Below are positions 46,801 through 58,848 of a stretch of 64,000 nucleotides of DNA, piece by piece; position 1 is the first letter of the stretch, and every line of letters starts with the position of its first letter. The stretch comes from Chlorokybus atmophyticus (taxonomy: Eukaryota; Plantae; Mesostigma and Chlorokybus algae): contig RHPI01001037.1 of the NCBI GenBank assembly GCA_009103225.1, positions 558,001-622,000 on the forward strand, given 5' to 3'. The translations under genes were made by a program, and so were the position numbers. The notes below the pieces were generated by a model. That model ran no database searches, was not told the DNA's origin, and saw nothing but the letters and a program-made list of their open reading frames with translations.

Positions 46801-49800
46801 TACAAGAGCTCAAGGAGCGTGTTGTCCCAGTCAGGGCGCGAGCCTTCGAAACTGACTGTGAGCTGTGCGAGCTTGGACAAGAAGCCTGTCAACTCCTTGA
46901 CAGACAAATGATGGCCGTGTCCATGCGTTCTCTCCCTGGCTTCAACCCACTCTTTGACAGTGTCCATGACCACATCCAGCACGGCAGGCTCAACAGCCTT
47001 CTCCGCCAGTAGGCTCTGTTTTATATACGCAAAGGAGCTCAGCATGCCAGAAGATTGACATCGAATTTAGCGCAGCACAAATTATGCACACTAACCTGCA
47101 AGAGGCTGAGAAACGTCTTTTTGTGCTCCTGGTTTGATAGAGCGCAGTGCCGTATCAGTGTGACAGCATGTCGCAATTGGGATACGACCAAAGAGTCATT
47201 TGCCGTTGGCGATGCCGCAGCAGGCATAGCTGGCTTTACTTCTGCGGCGGCAGCCCCTGCACGAGTCAAGCACTCAAGCTTCAGCGCCAGCTATTGATTT
47301 GCTAAAACCACGCCAAATGTGGCAACTTGCTTTTCACCTTGGTTGGCCATGCCGGAGCTGCTTGGTGAAGGTGGTGTGGGTGCGGGAGGCTGCGACGGGT
47401 CAGCTGGCCGAATGCCGCTACGCGCAGCTGTTGTTATGCCGGTGCACACCACACGCAGCATCTTCAGGACAGATGGCACAAAGCGATCGACATAGCTTTT
47501 CCTGTTCTCCGACACGGTTTCAAGCACATGAAGCGCGCATGTTGTTGAACCGGCTCGAGCTTCTCCCGTTGCCCCGGCTAGTAAGTGTCTATTTATGAGC
47601 TCTTCAAGCTTGGAATGGAACATCTGCCACAATACGACAATCACTTAACAACACCCAAAGTTCAACAAAGTGCAGACCACACTTGGTTGTGGGGTTACCT
47701 GAGCTTCAGCATGGGGAGGAGGCGCATCAAGCGGGTATAAGGTGACGATCTTCTTCACCAGGGAACACAAAGGCACGATGATGGACTGATTTCGGGTGCT
47801 AAAGCAGGGCTCCATAACCTGTACGCCGCACTACTGATGGGTGCGTACCCAATGGCACAGGCACTGCATGCATATGTACGTGCATGGTGTGCAACTTGTT
47901 GTTTACCTGCAAGATCTGTGCTGCATGGCCTTGGACGTACTGCTCCGGCTGGTGTTTTAAGACAACATTCATCACATCCAGGCCAGTCACCAAGGCAGGC
48001 ACTGTCTCGTTGCCTTGACCTGAAGCCGTGTTCATGGACAAAGCGAGCAACTTCACCACATAGTTGAACTTGACGGAAGCTTCTGGCCAGATACTCAATG
48101 CTTGGCCAAGTAAATCCAGCGTGTGTGTGTACAATGCCTGCACACAGTTGTGAGTGCCTTGCAAAGTAACCCACGTATATGCTGACCGCAACAGGCACCC
48201 ACCTGCATCTCTTTGTCCTTGACATCAAGCACAAAGGCGATGCGGATGAGAAAGTTGATAATCATCTCCTGCATCGCCACTCCTGGTTTGAACTCCTCTT
48301 CGCCAGGAGCTGGCAAAGACGACTGCGAGGTGATTGCGGCCGCATGGCCATCGGCGACATCAACGGCGCCCTCAACCTTGATGCGCTTGGCGTCATGTCC
48401 ATCTTGCTCGCCCGTTCCATCTGCCCCTGCCCGTTTTAAGCCGGCCGCCTCGTCAGTGGCAGCATTGTTTTCAGTGGCAATCCTTGTCTTCTCCCATTTG
48501 ATGACGAGTCCAGACAGATCGATGGCGAGCTTACGGTTCTCCAGCGGGCTGTTCTGAGGGAGTCCCAGCCGGCTGAGTGACGTGATCATCTGGTTTACAA
48601 ACTGCGCACGGCTGCTGTAGAACAGATGCGAGTGGCGCACGAGCAGCTGCCAGAGGTGGATCAGGTGCGGCAGCGAGTGGCCCTCTTCGACAAGAGTCTT
48701 CTTGGTATAACGGATCCACAGAGGAATCTTCTGGTCCTGTTGCAACTGAAGCCGGTTGGGAAGAGCTGGCATAAGCGTGTCCAATGCCTGTTTCACCAGC
48801 GACTTGGCCTCCGGTTGGCACATCCGCAACAGCGCAACAAGAACCTGCAGTGATGCGCACGTCATTTACTTGTCCGACAACCGAAACAGCTAACAGTACA
48901 TGGGACTGCCATTAACATAAAGCAACAGCACAAGTGTGCAAGCGATCACTGGGGCTAGAACAAACTGTCACTGGGGCTACATTGACTCATTGAGCAACAG
49001 CAGTAAGCTCACTTGCAAAATAATCTTCTCTGGAGACTGGAACGCTTTCAAAAACTGGCAGACATTTACAAAGGCATACTGCTTGCTGCTCGTGTCCTCC
49101 CTTTTGAGATGATTCCAACCGAACTTGATCAGCTCCTTCCGGTGATGCACCAAGTCCGGGGCGGGCAGGTGCTTTATCAACAGGGTGGCAAGTTGCAACA
49201 GCTCTATACGCAAAGGCTCCTGGTACATGTTGTTTACCTGCAGTAGACAAGCAATAGCTTAATCAACCACACATGCAACCAACGCCTCAACTGCATGCAA
49301 CACGGGCTGGCCAACAACAAACCTCTTCAGGTGGATCTAAAAGCTGCTGGACGATGATAGTAAGAATCTCCGAGTCCAACACCTCTCCGCCAAGCTTTTG
49401 GGTCAGTGCTTCAGACAGCATAGGCATGATGAGCATCTGCAATGCAGCAACCAGCTGGTCTTGAGGGCAAGTGCGGGTCTGGAACAGCTGAAGGAAATGG
49501 TGCAGAACCGCCTTCTTCTCAGCGGGAGCATATCTAATGACGGCATGCAGGTGAGCAACGCCATGAAGCACAATGGTTTTCTTATCTGTATGGAGTAACG
49601 GACTTGCACAGCGACAGCACAGTAGCTTACCCCTTTGCAACCTCAATCTCGTAAAACTCCTTTAAGAAAGTGTAATCCAATGTGGACCGCACGGTGAATA
49701 TGCTCAACATGTCAAACAGAGTAGCAACCTGCGCACATCCCAGAGATGGGCAAACGTACCATAACAGATCTGCTAGCTACCAATTGCGCTGGTATTATGG

Positions 49801-52800
49801 GCTCGCAACGTGTTGCACCATCAGGTTCTCAAAACATGTGTTTGGCATAAGCAACAAGCTCACATATGAGGGACACTGTCCTTGTCAGACGCACTCAGCA
49901 AAGTTGCTGAAGAACAGTAAGACTCTCAAGAGGACACTTGGGATAAACCAACCTCCGAGCGCTCATGTCGAATGTAGTTCAGAAAGCACTTAATCAAGCG
50001 CTTGCTCTCCTTGAGCTGGTTGATCGGCAGGCGCTCCTCATTGAGAAGGCGCTGCACTCGAGCTGGCGAGCGCCACAACTGCATGCCGCACAAGCAGGTT
50101 ATGTAAAACAGCACGCAAGGATTGATTGCTAGCTCACACAAGCTACCGACAATATACCTGCAGCAGCTTCGAGAACACATCAGGGTTGTTCTTCAACCAC
50201 TCAGGCTGTAGCTTGACGATCGTGGACACCAGCTGCAGACCAGCAAAGTACGCTTCTGATTCTGCACCAGGCCCGCTGCCAGCTGCTAATGCCAACAGAC
50301 TGTAAGCCTTAGTGCAAAGGGCAACTGTGCCTAGCAATGATGGGACACATGCGTGCGGGTCAACTCACCCAAGGCGATGGCTTCATCCATGCTGCCACCT
50401 GGGAAGACAGGCATCAGACCTGCAGTCAATGCATGCACAGCGTGCTATAAATTAGCTTGCATGTCATTCGGCACATACGCGACAGCAGTGCAAAGAAACA
50501 ACCTGTGGGGTGTGTTGCTGTTGTGCTCATACCTTGCAGTATTGGCTGAAACGCATACATGACAAGCTTGTCAGGAGATCGCGCCAGCTCCTCTCTCAAT
50601 GGCTGCCCAACATCAGACTTAATGATGTCCAGAAGCCTGTCGGTTAGGGACAACGCGATCAAGACTAGCTCATTTTGCAGCCAACAATTGTTGCATTGAC
50701 AGCAATAATCTGTTAACCTGTTAAAGTATGGTGGCTGCGCCAGGCGGTGGAGGAAATAGCCAAGTGACTCAGTCGCGTATCGATTCAGATACCTTGTCAA
50801 CGGCTCTCGGTAAGGACTGTTCAACTCGCTGTACACGCTGATGGCTGGCAGCACACCTTCAAGACGTATCACCAGCTGTACCACTTTGTCCAAGAACTTA
50901 TGCGCCGCAGGGGGCAGCAGGTGAAACAACTCGAATATTGCTGCAGGACAACATGCGCATAAAAAAGCAAGGCCTACACGCAAGTATTTGCTTAATGGGC
51001 TATTTGCCTATAACAAAGATCAATGTGGAGTCCCACAGCAAGCTGTAACTTGAATACCTGCAGCGATCTTGGGCTCTTCGCCTGTTTTCCAGGCCTTGGG
51101 CATCTGGTTCAGCCGGACAGGATCTTGCCACTTCTGCAAGTGCTCCAGCAGCTTCTCACCGAGCGTGACGTTGAACCAGTTTGACAGCAGCTCCAACAAG
51201 CGTGCAAGGCCATGCAGCAGAGGCATGGTCAGGTTCTTGTAGGAAGCGAGGTTGACAAGAATGGGGCGTAAACTGTTCTGCAGCAGCTCTTTGGGAAGCT
51301 TCTGCTGCTGGATGACCTGTGATGATGCATTCTTGTCAACATCCAACCCACAACCAACCTCTAGCCTGCATCTGTACATCATCAGGCAAGTGTACCTGCC
51401 GGAGCCCTTCCTTTGCAACTGCAACAATCTCAGGCGAACGACAGGTCAGACACTTGAAGAACATGGCAATGATGCGGGTCTGGACCTCTTTATCACCGAC
51501 AGCTTTGAAGTCGTTCCACGCCATTGCTGTGCACAACAGCTCTATGCAGCCGGTTCGCAGTCGAGTCACAGCATCCTTCATCTTGGGGTTGATGAACTTT
51601 GTGTGCATCTGAGTTTCGTCCGCATCGGCGATTGCCAATGCGTCACGCAGAAGTTGCACCAGCTCAGCGGTAAGACGCAGCAATGGTGGCCGAAGCGAAA
51701 GACAGTAATTCAATGCTGCGACAGTCCCAACCTGCACGGCAACATGCGAATTGCTAGTCGGCTTCACTGCAATCTCTTTGGCATGATTGGCGTTGCTTTG
51801 GCAACTTTGATCATCACAACACACATGTCAAATGCTCCAAGAAGCATTGCCTACCTGAGCTTCAATGTGCTTGTTGCGAAGTGGACGTGACACCAATGGC
51901 GTTGACAATGGTGTATGTATCGGCGCAAGCAACTCAGACACTTCGCTGCCCTTTCTATTGGCAAGCAGCTGAAGCCCCTCTTGAACATTTTTGCGGACTG
52001 TTGCCGATGCCATAGGGTTGAACAACTCTTCCGCCAGCAACAGCAACACCTCGTTGGACTGCGTGCACACAACAGCCGACAACTGTCAGCATATGGACTG
52101 TCTGTCACTTGTGTGTTAAGCCTCAACACAAAGCCTCCAATCCAAAGCACACTACCTGCCGGTTGTCTGATTCGGACTCGTCAGCATGCGAGTTGCACAT
52201 CTTCAACACCTGCTGCAGAACCTGACTGGTCTCTTCCGTTTCTGCTGTAGCATAAACGGGTAGCCTGCGCAGCACATGTAACAGCGCCCGCACAACCCTC
52301 TGCTGCTGGGGCCGTATGCCAGTAGCCGGCACGCGCTGAATCATGGCCCCGACGCCGATGACTCCGCCCATCTGCGATTGCCATGTTCCAGCATAGCAGC
52401 TGTGGAGCAAGCGCTGAAGCAGCTGATCCAGCATGGACAACGCGGCAGGCGTGAGAAGCGGATTGCCTGGCCGGGCAGACCCAATAAGCAGTACAGCGTC
52501 AATGAACAGACAGAGACCCTTCTGTGCAGACTGTGCGCGTGACCGGTTGGTGTCACCGAGGACCTCAACAATCGCATCGAAAAAGATGTGCGGATCGAGC
52601 TCCTTCAGGTTGGTGGTCTGCGTGCTTTTCCCCTCAGTTTCGTTTGCTTTGGTGCTTCCTTGCACTGCCTTTGATGATGAAGTTGCGTTCTGCGTGTTGA
52701 CAAATGCAAGCAGCGCAAAATGCCTGCAGACGTGCTCATAAAAGCTGTTCTCTGTCTCAGCAAGGTCCGCTTCCGCATCGGCGGCGATGATGGTGGCCAA

Positions 52801-55800
52801 GAGTGACTTGAACACTGTACGCTCGGCGAGCAGCTGCAGTTTCGTCTTTACACCCAGATCGGCTTTGGCTGTTGCATTCCCTCCTTTGGGCATATTGCTG
52901 TCCGGAGCACAAAGCACTGCGCCAGCTAAGATCTCCGCCGCCAACACGCCCTGCGTGGTGTTGCCTCGCAGGTCCAACACAGATGCCAGGCACACTTGGA
53001 TAAACCTCAGCGCTTGCTTCCGGTAGTGAGCTTCGCCCGGGGCGAGCACAGCTGCCTTTGCAAGAACAACACACCGGTCCAGAGGCACGAGGAATGACGT
53101 GCTCGGCTCGAACGTGAGAACAAGGCGCAAGCCGTGCTCAGGATTGTCTTTGCATTCTAATTGCAAGGCATCCTTGAGGAAGCGCCTGTTGCGGCCGCCG
53201 AGTTTGCCCAACAGCTGCAATGCCTTAGCGCCAAACAGGTACGGAAGGGGCCGCAGGTGCTTTAGTAGTGCGAGAATCAGGTCCGGCATCACGTGCGCCA
53301 TGTTGGGCTCAAGGAATTTTGGGTTCAAGCTGTCCACCCAATACTCTAACGTTCGCAACCCGAGCTGCACAAGCTCGTCGTTGCCGTTGAGAGCCATCAC
53401 GAGGGGCTGCATCAGACGCGACAGATAAGACAGCAGCGTGCTGAGCAAAGCCGGCAGCGTTAAGCACAGCTCGACGAGAACATCCTGCAGCTTCGCGGCG
53501 GGCGGACCTGACAGCATGCCCAGAAGACAAGCCAAGCACGGCTGCAACACTGACAGGAACTCGCGATGGATCAAGTCGAACTTGCCGCCAGCCAGCGCTC
53601 GGAACATTGCGCGCAGCAACTGGATAAGGACAAGCGGAGCCCAATCAGCACAAAAAGCCACGAGCAATGCAGCTTGGCCATATATACAGAGTGGCAATGT
53701 TACCTGCATGTAACCAGAGCAGTCTGGAAGCTCTGATGCGCTTTTAATGCATGCTTCTACTATGGGTACTACGTGCGGACGGAGAACAACCTGCGAGAGT
53801 AGTACAGGAAGTTCAGTTGCTACATCCTGGACTCAGCATGCACCGCCACAGTACAGGCAAGCTCACCTGGGTGTCAGGGTACTTCACTACGGCCTTAAAC
53901 ACAAGTGTGAAGAGTTTCAACTGCAGCTTGGCGGCAGGACATTCAGGTGTCCGCAATGTGTCCAGACGTGCAGATACCAAATGGTTCAACACAACATCCA
54001 TGAAGAACCTGCAAACCACAAGCTGTTACAGAAAACTACAACAGGTCCACAAGAGCGCCTGCAATTTGTCATGACCAGCACAGATAGTGCACCTGGCACT
54101 GTTGGGATGCTGCACGAGCATGTTTGCGGCGAGCTGTATGAGATGTTCGTTCTGAAGCATGCAGTCGAATATGGAGTCCATGCGAACGCTGAACAAGTCC
54201 AGGACGTTGCGGGACTCCATAACCGTGAACATCTGCGCGTAGTGCTGGAGCAGGTCGTCCTCTTTGCTGTCGACAATCAAGGCCAGGCATCGGAGACCAC
54301 TTGTCAACAGCCCTGAAGCGGTGGTCACTTCTTCCTCAATCATGCCTTTCGGTAAGGCGGCGGCGGCAGCGGCGGCGGCGGCGGCAGCTTCATCAGGGCT
54401 TGCTGCTGCCAGCTGCTGTCCCAGTGGTTTGTTGAAGTATGTCATACTCCACAACAGTGTTTTCATCCCTGCGCAGAAAAAGTGTTGAACTCGACTTTGG
54501 GTAGATCCGTACACAAGTCACAAACTCCAAGTTGCGACTTGCTACATAAAATCCAAACAGTGCTGACAAAGGCAACATACCCATGATAAGAGTTTTGAGC
54601 AGTACCCTGCAGTCACTCAATTCCTTAGAATGGTCCACAGCCTGTTGTGTATGCAGCACCACGCCCTGAAAATGGTGCAATCTTCAGGGCGGACACCTTC
54701 ATCATACCATGACCGGCAACAAGATGCAGTTGCTTGTAATGGTGAAAAGAAAGCATCAACTGTTTCTGTGTACCATAACAACAATGACTACCTGCGCACT
54801 CCCATCCTCTGTGGGTTTGGAGTCATCACCAGCCTTATGTTCACCGGTTGGCTGTTCTGCTGCTGCCACATCTTTCAAAAGCTACACAGCCCGGAGCATC
54901 AATACTTATGACTGCGACGTACCGGATATATACTTGCACACAGTGCCTGACATCCAAATTAGTAAAGGGGTTGTACCTTGGGCAGAAGGAGTTTGAGTGT
55001 GCCAAACTTGCTCACAAAGCAGTACAGGATCCGTCCAAGCAGCAACCTGCCATCATTCTTTCCCAACACGTCTGTCCGTCGCGTGAATATGCTTTCCACC
55101 TGCAGGAGACCATGGCCATCATGCATCGCACGTGATTGTGAACAGTGTCAAGACGTCATGCATGGTCGTAAATGACAATACCCAAGTAAACGTGCTCACC
55201 AGGTTCAGCATCAGCCGCACACAAGTAGTCTGCACGCTTGTGGGCAGCGTAGTATCATGCACATTACGAGAGAAGAGGTATACAATCCGCGACAGCTGCA
55301 TGCTACAAAGAGTGAGAACCTGTACACGGTCGCCTTCATGCAATAGAGTACATAGTCTCCTATGTGACAAATGGAAGAGGTGTGGCAAGGTTACACCCAT
55401 CACCTGTGGCAAAGTTAGCTCCAGACGTATATGGTGGATCAATTCAGCCAGCAAGCTGTAAGCGAGTGGCCGCAAAGTCTCATAGCAAGCACGGCCTGTG
55501 CCGACAAGCACCCTGCCAAGACCGTCCATAAGCATGCTGCAAGACATTACAACTACTGCAGCACACATTGCAACAACGAGCGAAGGACATCAGCAAGCCA
55601 TGACACAAGATCACTTGCCTCTCATCCAACAACGTATCAAGATGGCGTTTGAAACCTCTGCGAAAATCGGTAGCCAGTACATGCCTGGTCGCAACAAGTA
55701 ATTCCTGCAAAAGAGAAATGGTGGGTCACACGGGTTAACATTCACGCGCAAGAGCACACAACAAGACCATATCTGTGATATCAATCTGTCCTCTGTGACG

Positions 55801-57219
55801 CAAGCATTGCGAAGAGAAATCATACATGCAGCAGTGCCACCAAACCTTGCGTATCGCTACGGAGTCTGGACATGTCATAAGCAACTCAACAACGCTTTTG
55901 GACACAATCTCCTCGTGCTGGCGCAAAACGTCCGTGTAGCTCCTCAGCAAATAGGTCAGGAACGACACAGTCTGAGATACACACAACCGATCAGTTGCAA
56001 CCAGTTGCAAGTCACATGCCACCTACACCAGTGTGAAGGTGTGCTAGACAACACACCTTGACTTGAGCAGCTTTCATGTCAGCATAGTGCTGTTTGAGAT
56101 GCGCTGGCACTGCTTGAGGCCCAGTGATTGATATAGCGTCGACCATGCGGGGGAGCAGGCGTGCAATGTTGGGTTGGCTGAAGTTGGGGTACAGCTGGAA
56201 CAGAAACATGACGATGAGCGGGCATTCCGTAATCACTTTGAATGAATGCGACGAAGTGGGAAGCTCCGTGCTTCCACCGGCAGAGCCCGGTCTCGTGCCC
56301 GAGATGAGACCAAGGTCACTGCTCTGACTGCCAAACTGAGCCGGCGCAGGATGATCCCTCTCAAAGAAGTTCACCACCGTTCCTTGGAAGTTCTGATAAA
56401 TCTGGGACACAACACAAAAACAGGCCGTTTCGCTACCATTTTACAAACACAGAAACCCAAACAAAATCACACTATCACAACTGCACCACCTGAAACGCAG
56501 CATAAATGTACGCAAACTTAGCATGCAAACCTTGCAAACAAACTCCAGGAAGGGCGGCACTTCATTTTCAAGGGAGGGGCGGAAGTTCTTGTGAAGGTCG
56601 AAGATGATGCGAAGGCAGATGAGGGCGTTGTCCTCGTTGTCGACGTCGAGCACATGCATGCTGAGCTTGAGCAGGTCGGGCACGAACGGCCGAAGCACCT
56701 CGTTATGGGGCAGCCTATTGAGGATCTCCAGCAGGACGTTGCGCAGCTTGTGCTCCAGGTTCTCCGCTGTCTTCTGAGGGCTGGTCTTCATCAACAGCTG
56801 GCATACCGGCCGGCAGAAGCTGCTCAGAAAATTGGGGTACTCCGACGTGTGAACCACCTCTATTATGTCCCTGATTTCCGTCGCTGCTTGCAGACGCTGC
56901 GGGATAGCTGAGACAGCATGTCAAGGCGACGCAATCTCTAATGAAAGGGACAAACTAAAAACGACCAAAGCAAGCTGCTGTGAGCCATCCTGACAAAACC
57001 GTTGAAAGCCTGATCATGCTGTGTTATGAGCACATGCAGCTTGATGAATCTGAGAGAGTTAGTTGCTTGAGAATTGTGCTTGTGCAGCCGCAGCACCAAG
57101 AGCAGCATCCACATGCAAGTAAAAACGAACAGCTAGGGAGGATTGTAAACAATGAGGATACGCATGTTGGGGTCCAGCAGGCGCTGCGCATGCGCCTCAT
57201 AGCTGTTGGGGGGCACCAT
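40872..57219 (-). CDS. TRA1: TRRAP/Tra1, PIKK-family pseudokinase scaffold of SAGA/NuA4, about 47 exons
   Basis: N-terminus MVPPNSYEAHAQRLLDPNM|PIPQRLQAATEIRDIIEVVHTSEY...NEDNALICLRIIFDLHKNFRP. HEAT repeats follow (RTLEYWVDSLNP, LGKLGGRNRRFL), then the FAT region (RLPNKWDDFGVWND, WLPWISQLL), the pseudo-kinase (RRITMVGSDG, VPFRLTRN) and the FATC end LCMMEPTWHPWF* (stop 40874-40872). Confidence 0.97.
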
Positions 57220-57428
57220 ATTGTCGTCTGTTCGGGTCACGTCAGGCCTGACGGCCGGCCGTCTGTACTCAAATCATCGTACAATGAGCCTGAGAACAGC
57301 AATGGCAGACCATGCGCACACTCAACGTCGCCGTCGCCCGGACGACGGCTTTCCCGCCCAACTCCTACCGGCCCACCCCACCAAGCGCTGGTGCCGCCAG
57401 AGGCGGGTGAGTTGCCCATTCGCAATCA

Positions 57429-57437
57429 AAACCCTAA
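57429..57437. promoter_or_regulatory. Telo-box (AAACCCTAA) about 210 bp upstream of the TRRAP ATG
   Basis: Exact motif. Confidence 0.55.
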
Positions 57438-58276
57438 TCTGAGACTCACGTCGATGGACTCGCTGTCAGATCCAAACCTTTCGGAGTGCACAGTACGCAT
57501 GCCATACAACGATGGTTGCAGTGCCGCACACTATGCTGCACACACAGACACAGCATCCAGCACACGCACACACGATGCCAGCACAAACTCACACACAAAT
57601 ATGCACACAGCATTTCCGCACAGCATGCACACAAACACACGTACTTTGCACACAAACAACTCTCCATTGAATCTTGTGTATGCAGCTCTTACCCTCAGCG
57701 TTCTTTATACACACGCACGCACTCAAACACGCACCCACGCATTGAACGCATGCACACTTGCTAGCATGTGGTGTTGCATACTCAGTACATGCGTTGCATG
57801 CTGCAAATGCCGTCGCCATTGTTTTGTACACACATCTAAGACAGCAAAACCACACAAACAGGCTCGAGCACACACATTCCATTGCATTGCATTGCAATCG
57901 ATTGGATTAGATTGGATTCGATTAAGTTTGATCACATGCAATCCAAGCTTCAATTTTTGCCGTAAAAGTCTTTTTATGTTTTATATTTAGTCTAACCAAA
58001 GGTGCTCGCTAAGGGTAGTAATACCTATGCGAGGAGAAGGATTAAAAGATTAATTATTCGTAGCAGCGCTGTTTTGCACAAATATTAGGGACTGTTTGGT
58101 TTGGTGCAACCTTTCTGCACTGCAGTGTAGCGCAATGGTAAATCACTTAATTGCGCAGTTGTCATCTAATATTCAGCATCGATGGCTGTATATAATTATA
58201 AAAAGGTTGCGCTGCTAACACTTCATTCTGGTTTTCTATTAGATTGCATTTCATCCAGTGGTAGTTAGCAGTACTA

Positions 58277-58319
58277 GGGTAAGGTGCCCTAACTTCGGAC
58301 AGACCCTAACTTCGGACAG
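58277..58319 (+). repeat. Left TIR plus tandem internal copy of CCCTAACTTCGGACAG
   Basis: Motif at 58287-58302 and 58304-58319. Confidence 0.95.
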
Positions 58320-58848
58320 TTGCCTTGTTGACGTGCAAAATATACTGTAGAATCTACATTGGGCGGCCAATTGGCTTGAAATTTGGTGAGGTGTTGTGAT
58401 TGGTCACAATGAGCCTGCTACTAGTTCTAGACACCAATCCGAGCTGTTTTGACCCGCCAAAATACAAATAGTTTAAAATTTTGGCGCTGGTTTGCATGGT
58501 TATTGTTAACTTTGAACTATCGCCAATAAGGACTGAGGTGGGATTTGGCGGTGGGGTTTTTTGCATATAGTAGATCATGTGATTACCTTCGCAATGAATC
58601 TATGCGCAGCCAAATCGACCAATCAGCCGCCAAGTTATGGGCCATAAAGGTAGCATGTGCAAAAAGCTTACGCGTTAGGTGAAATATCAAAATGGTGATA
58701 GCAACGAGGGAAGCTAACTGATGGCGGTGTGTTACATTGTAAAAGTAGTCAACATGCAAGGGCTATCATATATAAGGCCTAGTGTGGTGCTTCAAGCCAC
58801 ATTCAAGTGTGTGTGTTAGGGTGCTGTCGTGGTGGTGGTGTTGCAAAC

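Noticed and set aside
21888-57219. Functional chromatin gene cluster (BMI1, NC2beta, TRRAP)
   Set aside because: They are interspersed with unrelated housekeeping genes; no evidence beyond chance neighbourhood.
56980-57990. 336-aa plus-strand ORF
   Set aside because: Antisense to the TRRAP 5' end and runs through CA/GT-rich low-complexity sequence (H/T/A-biased).
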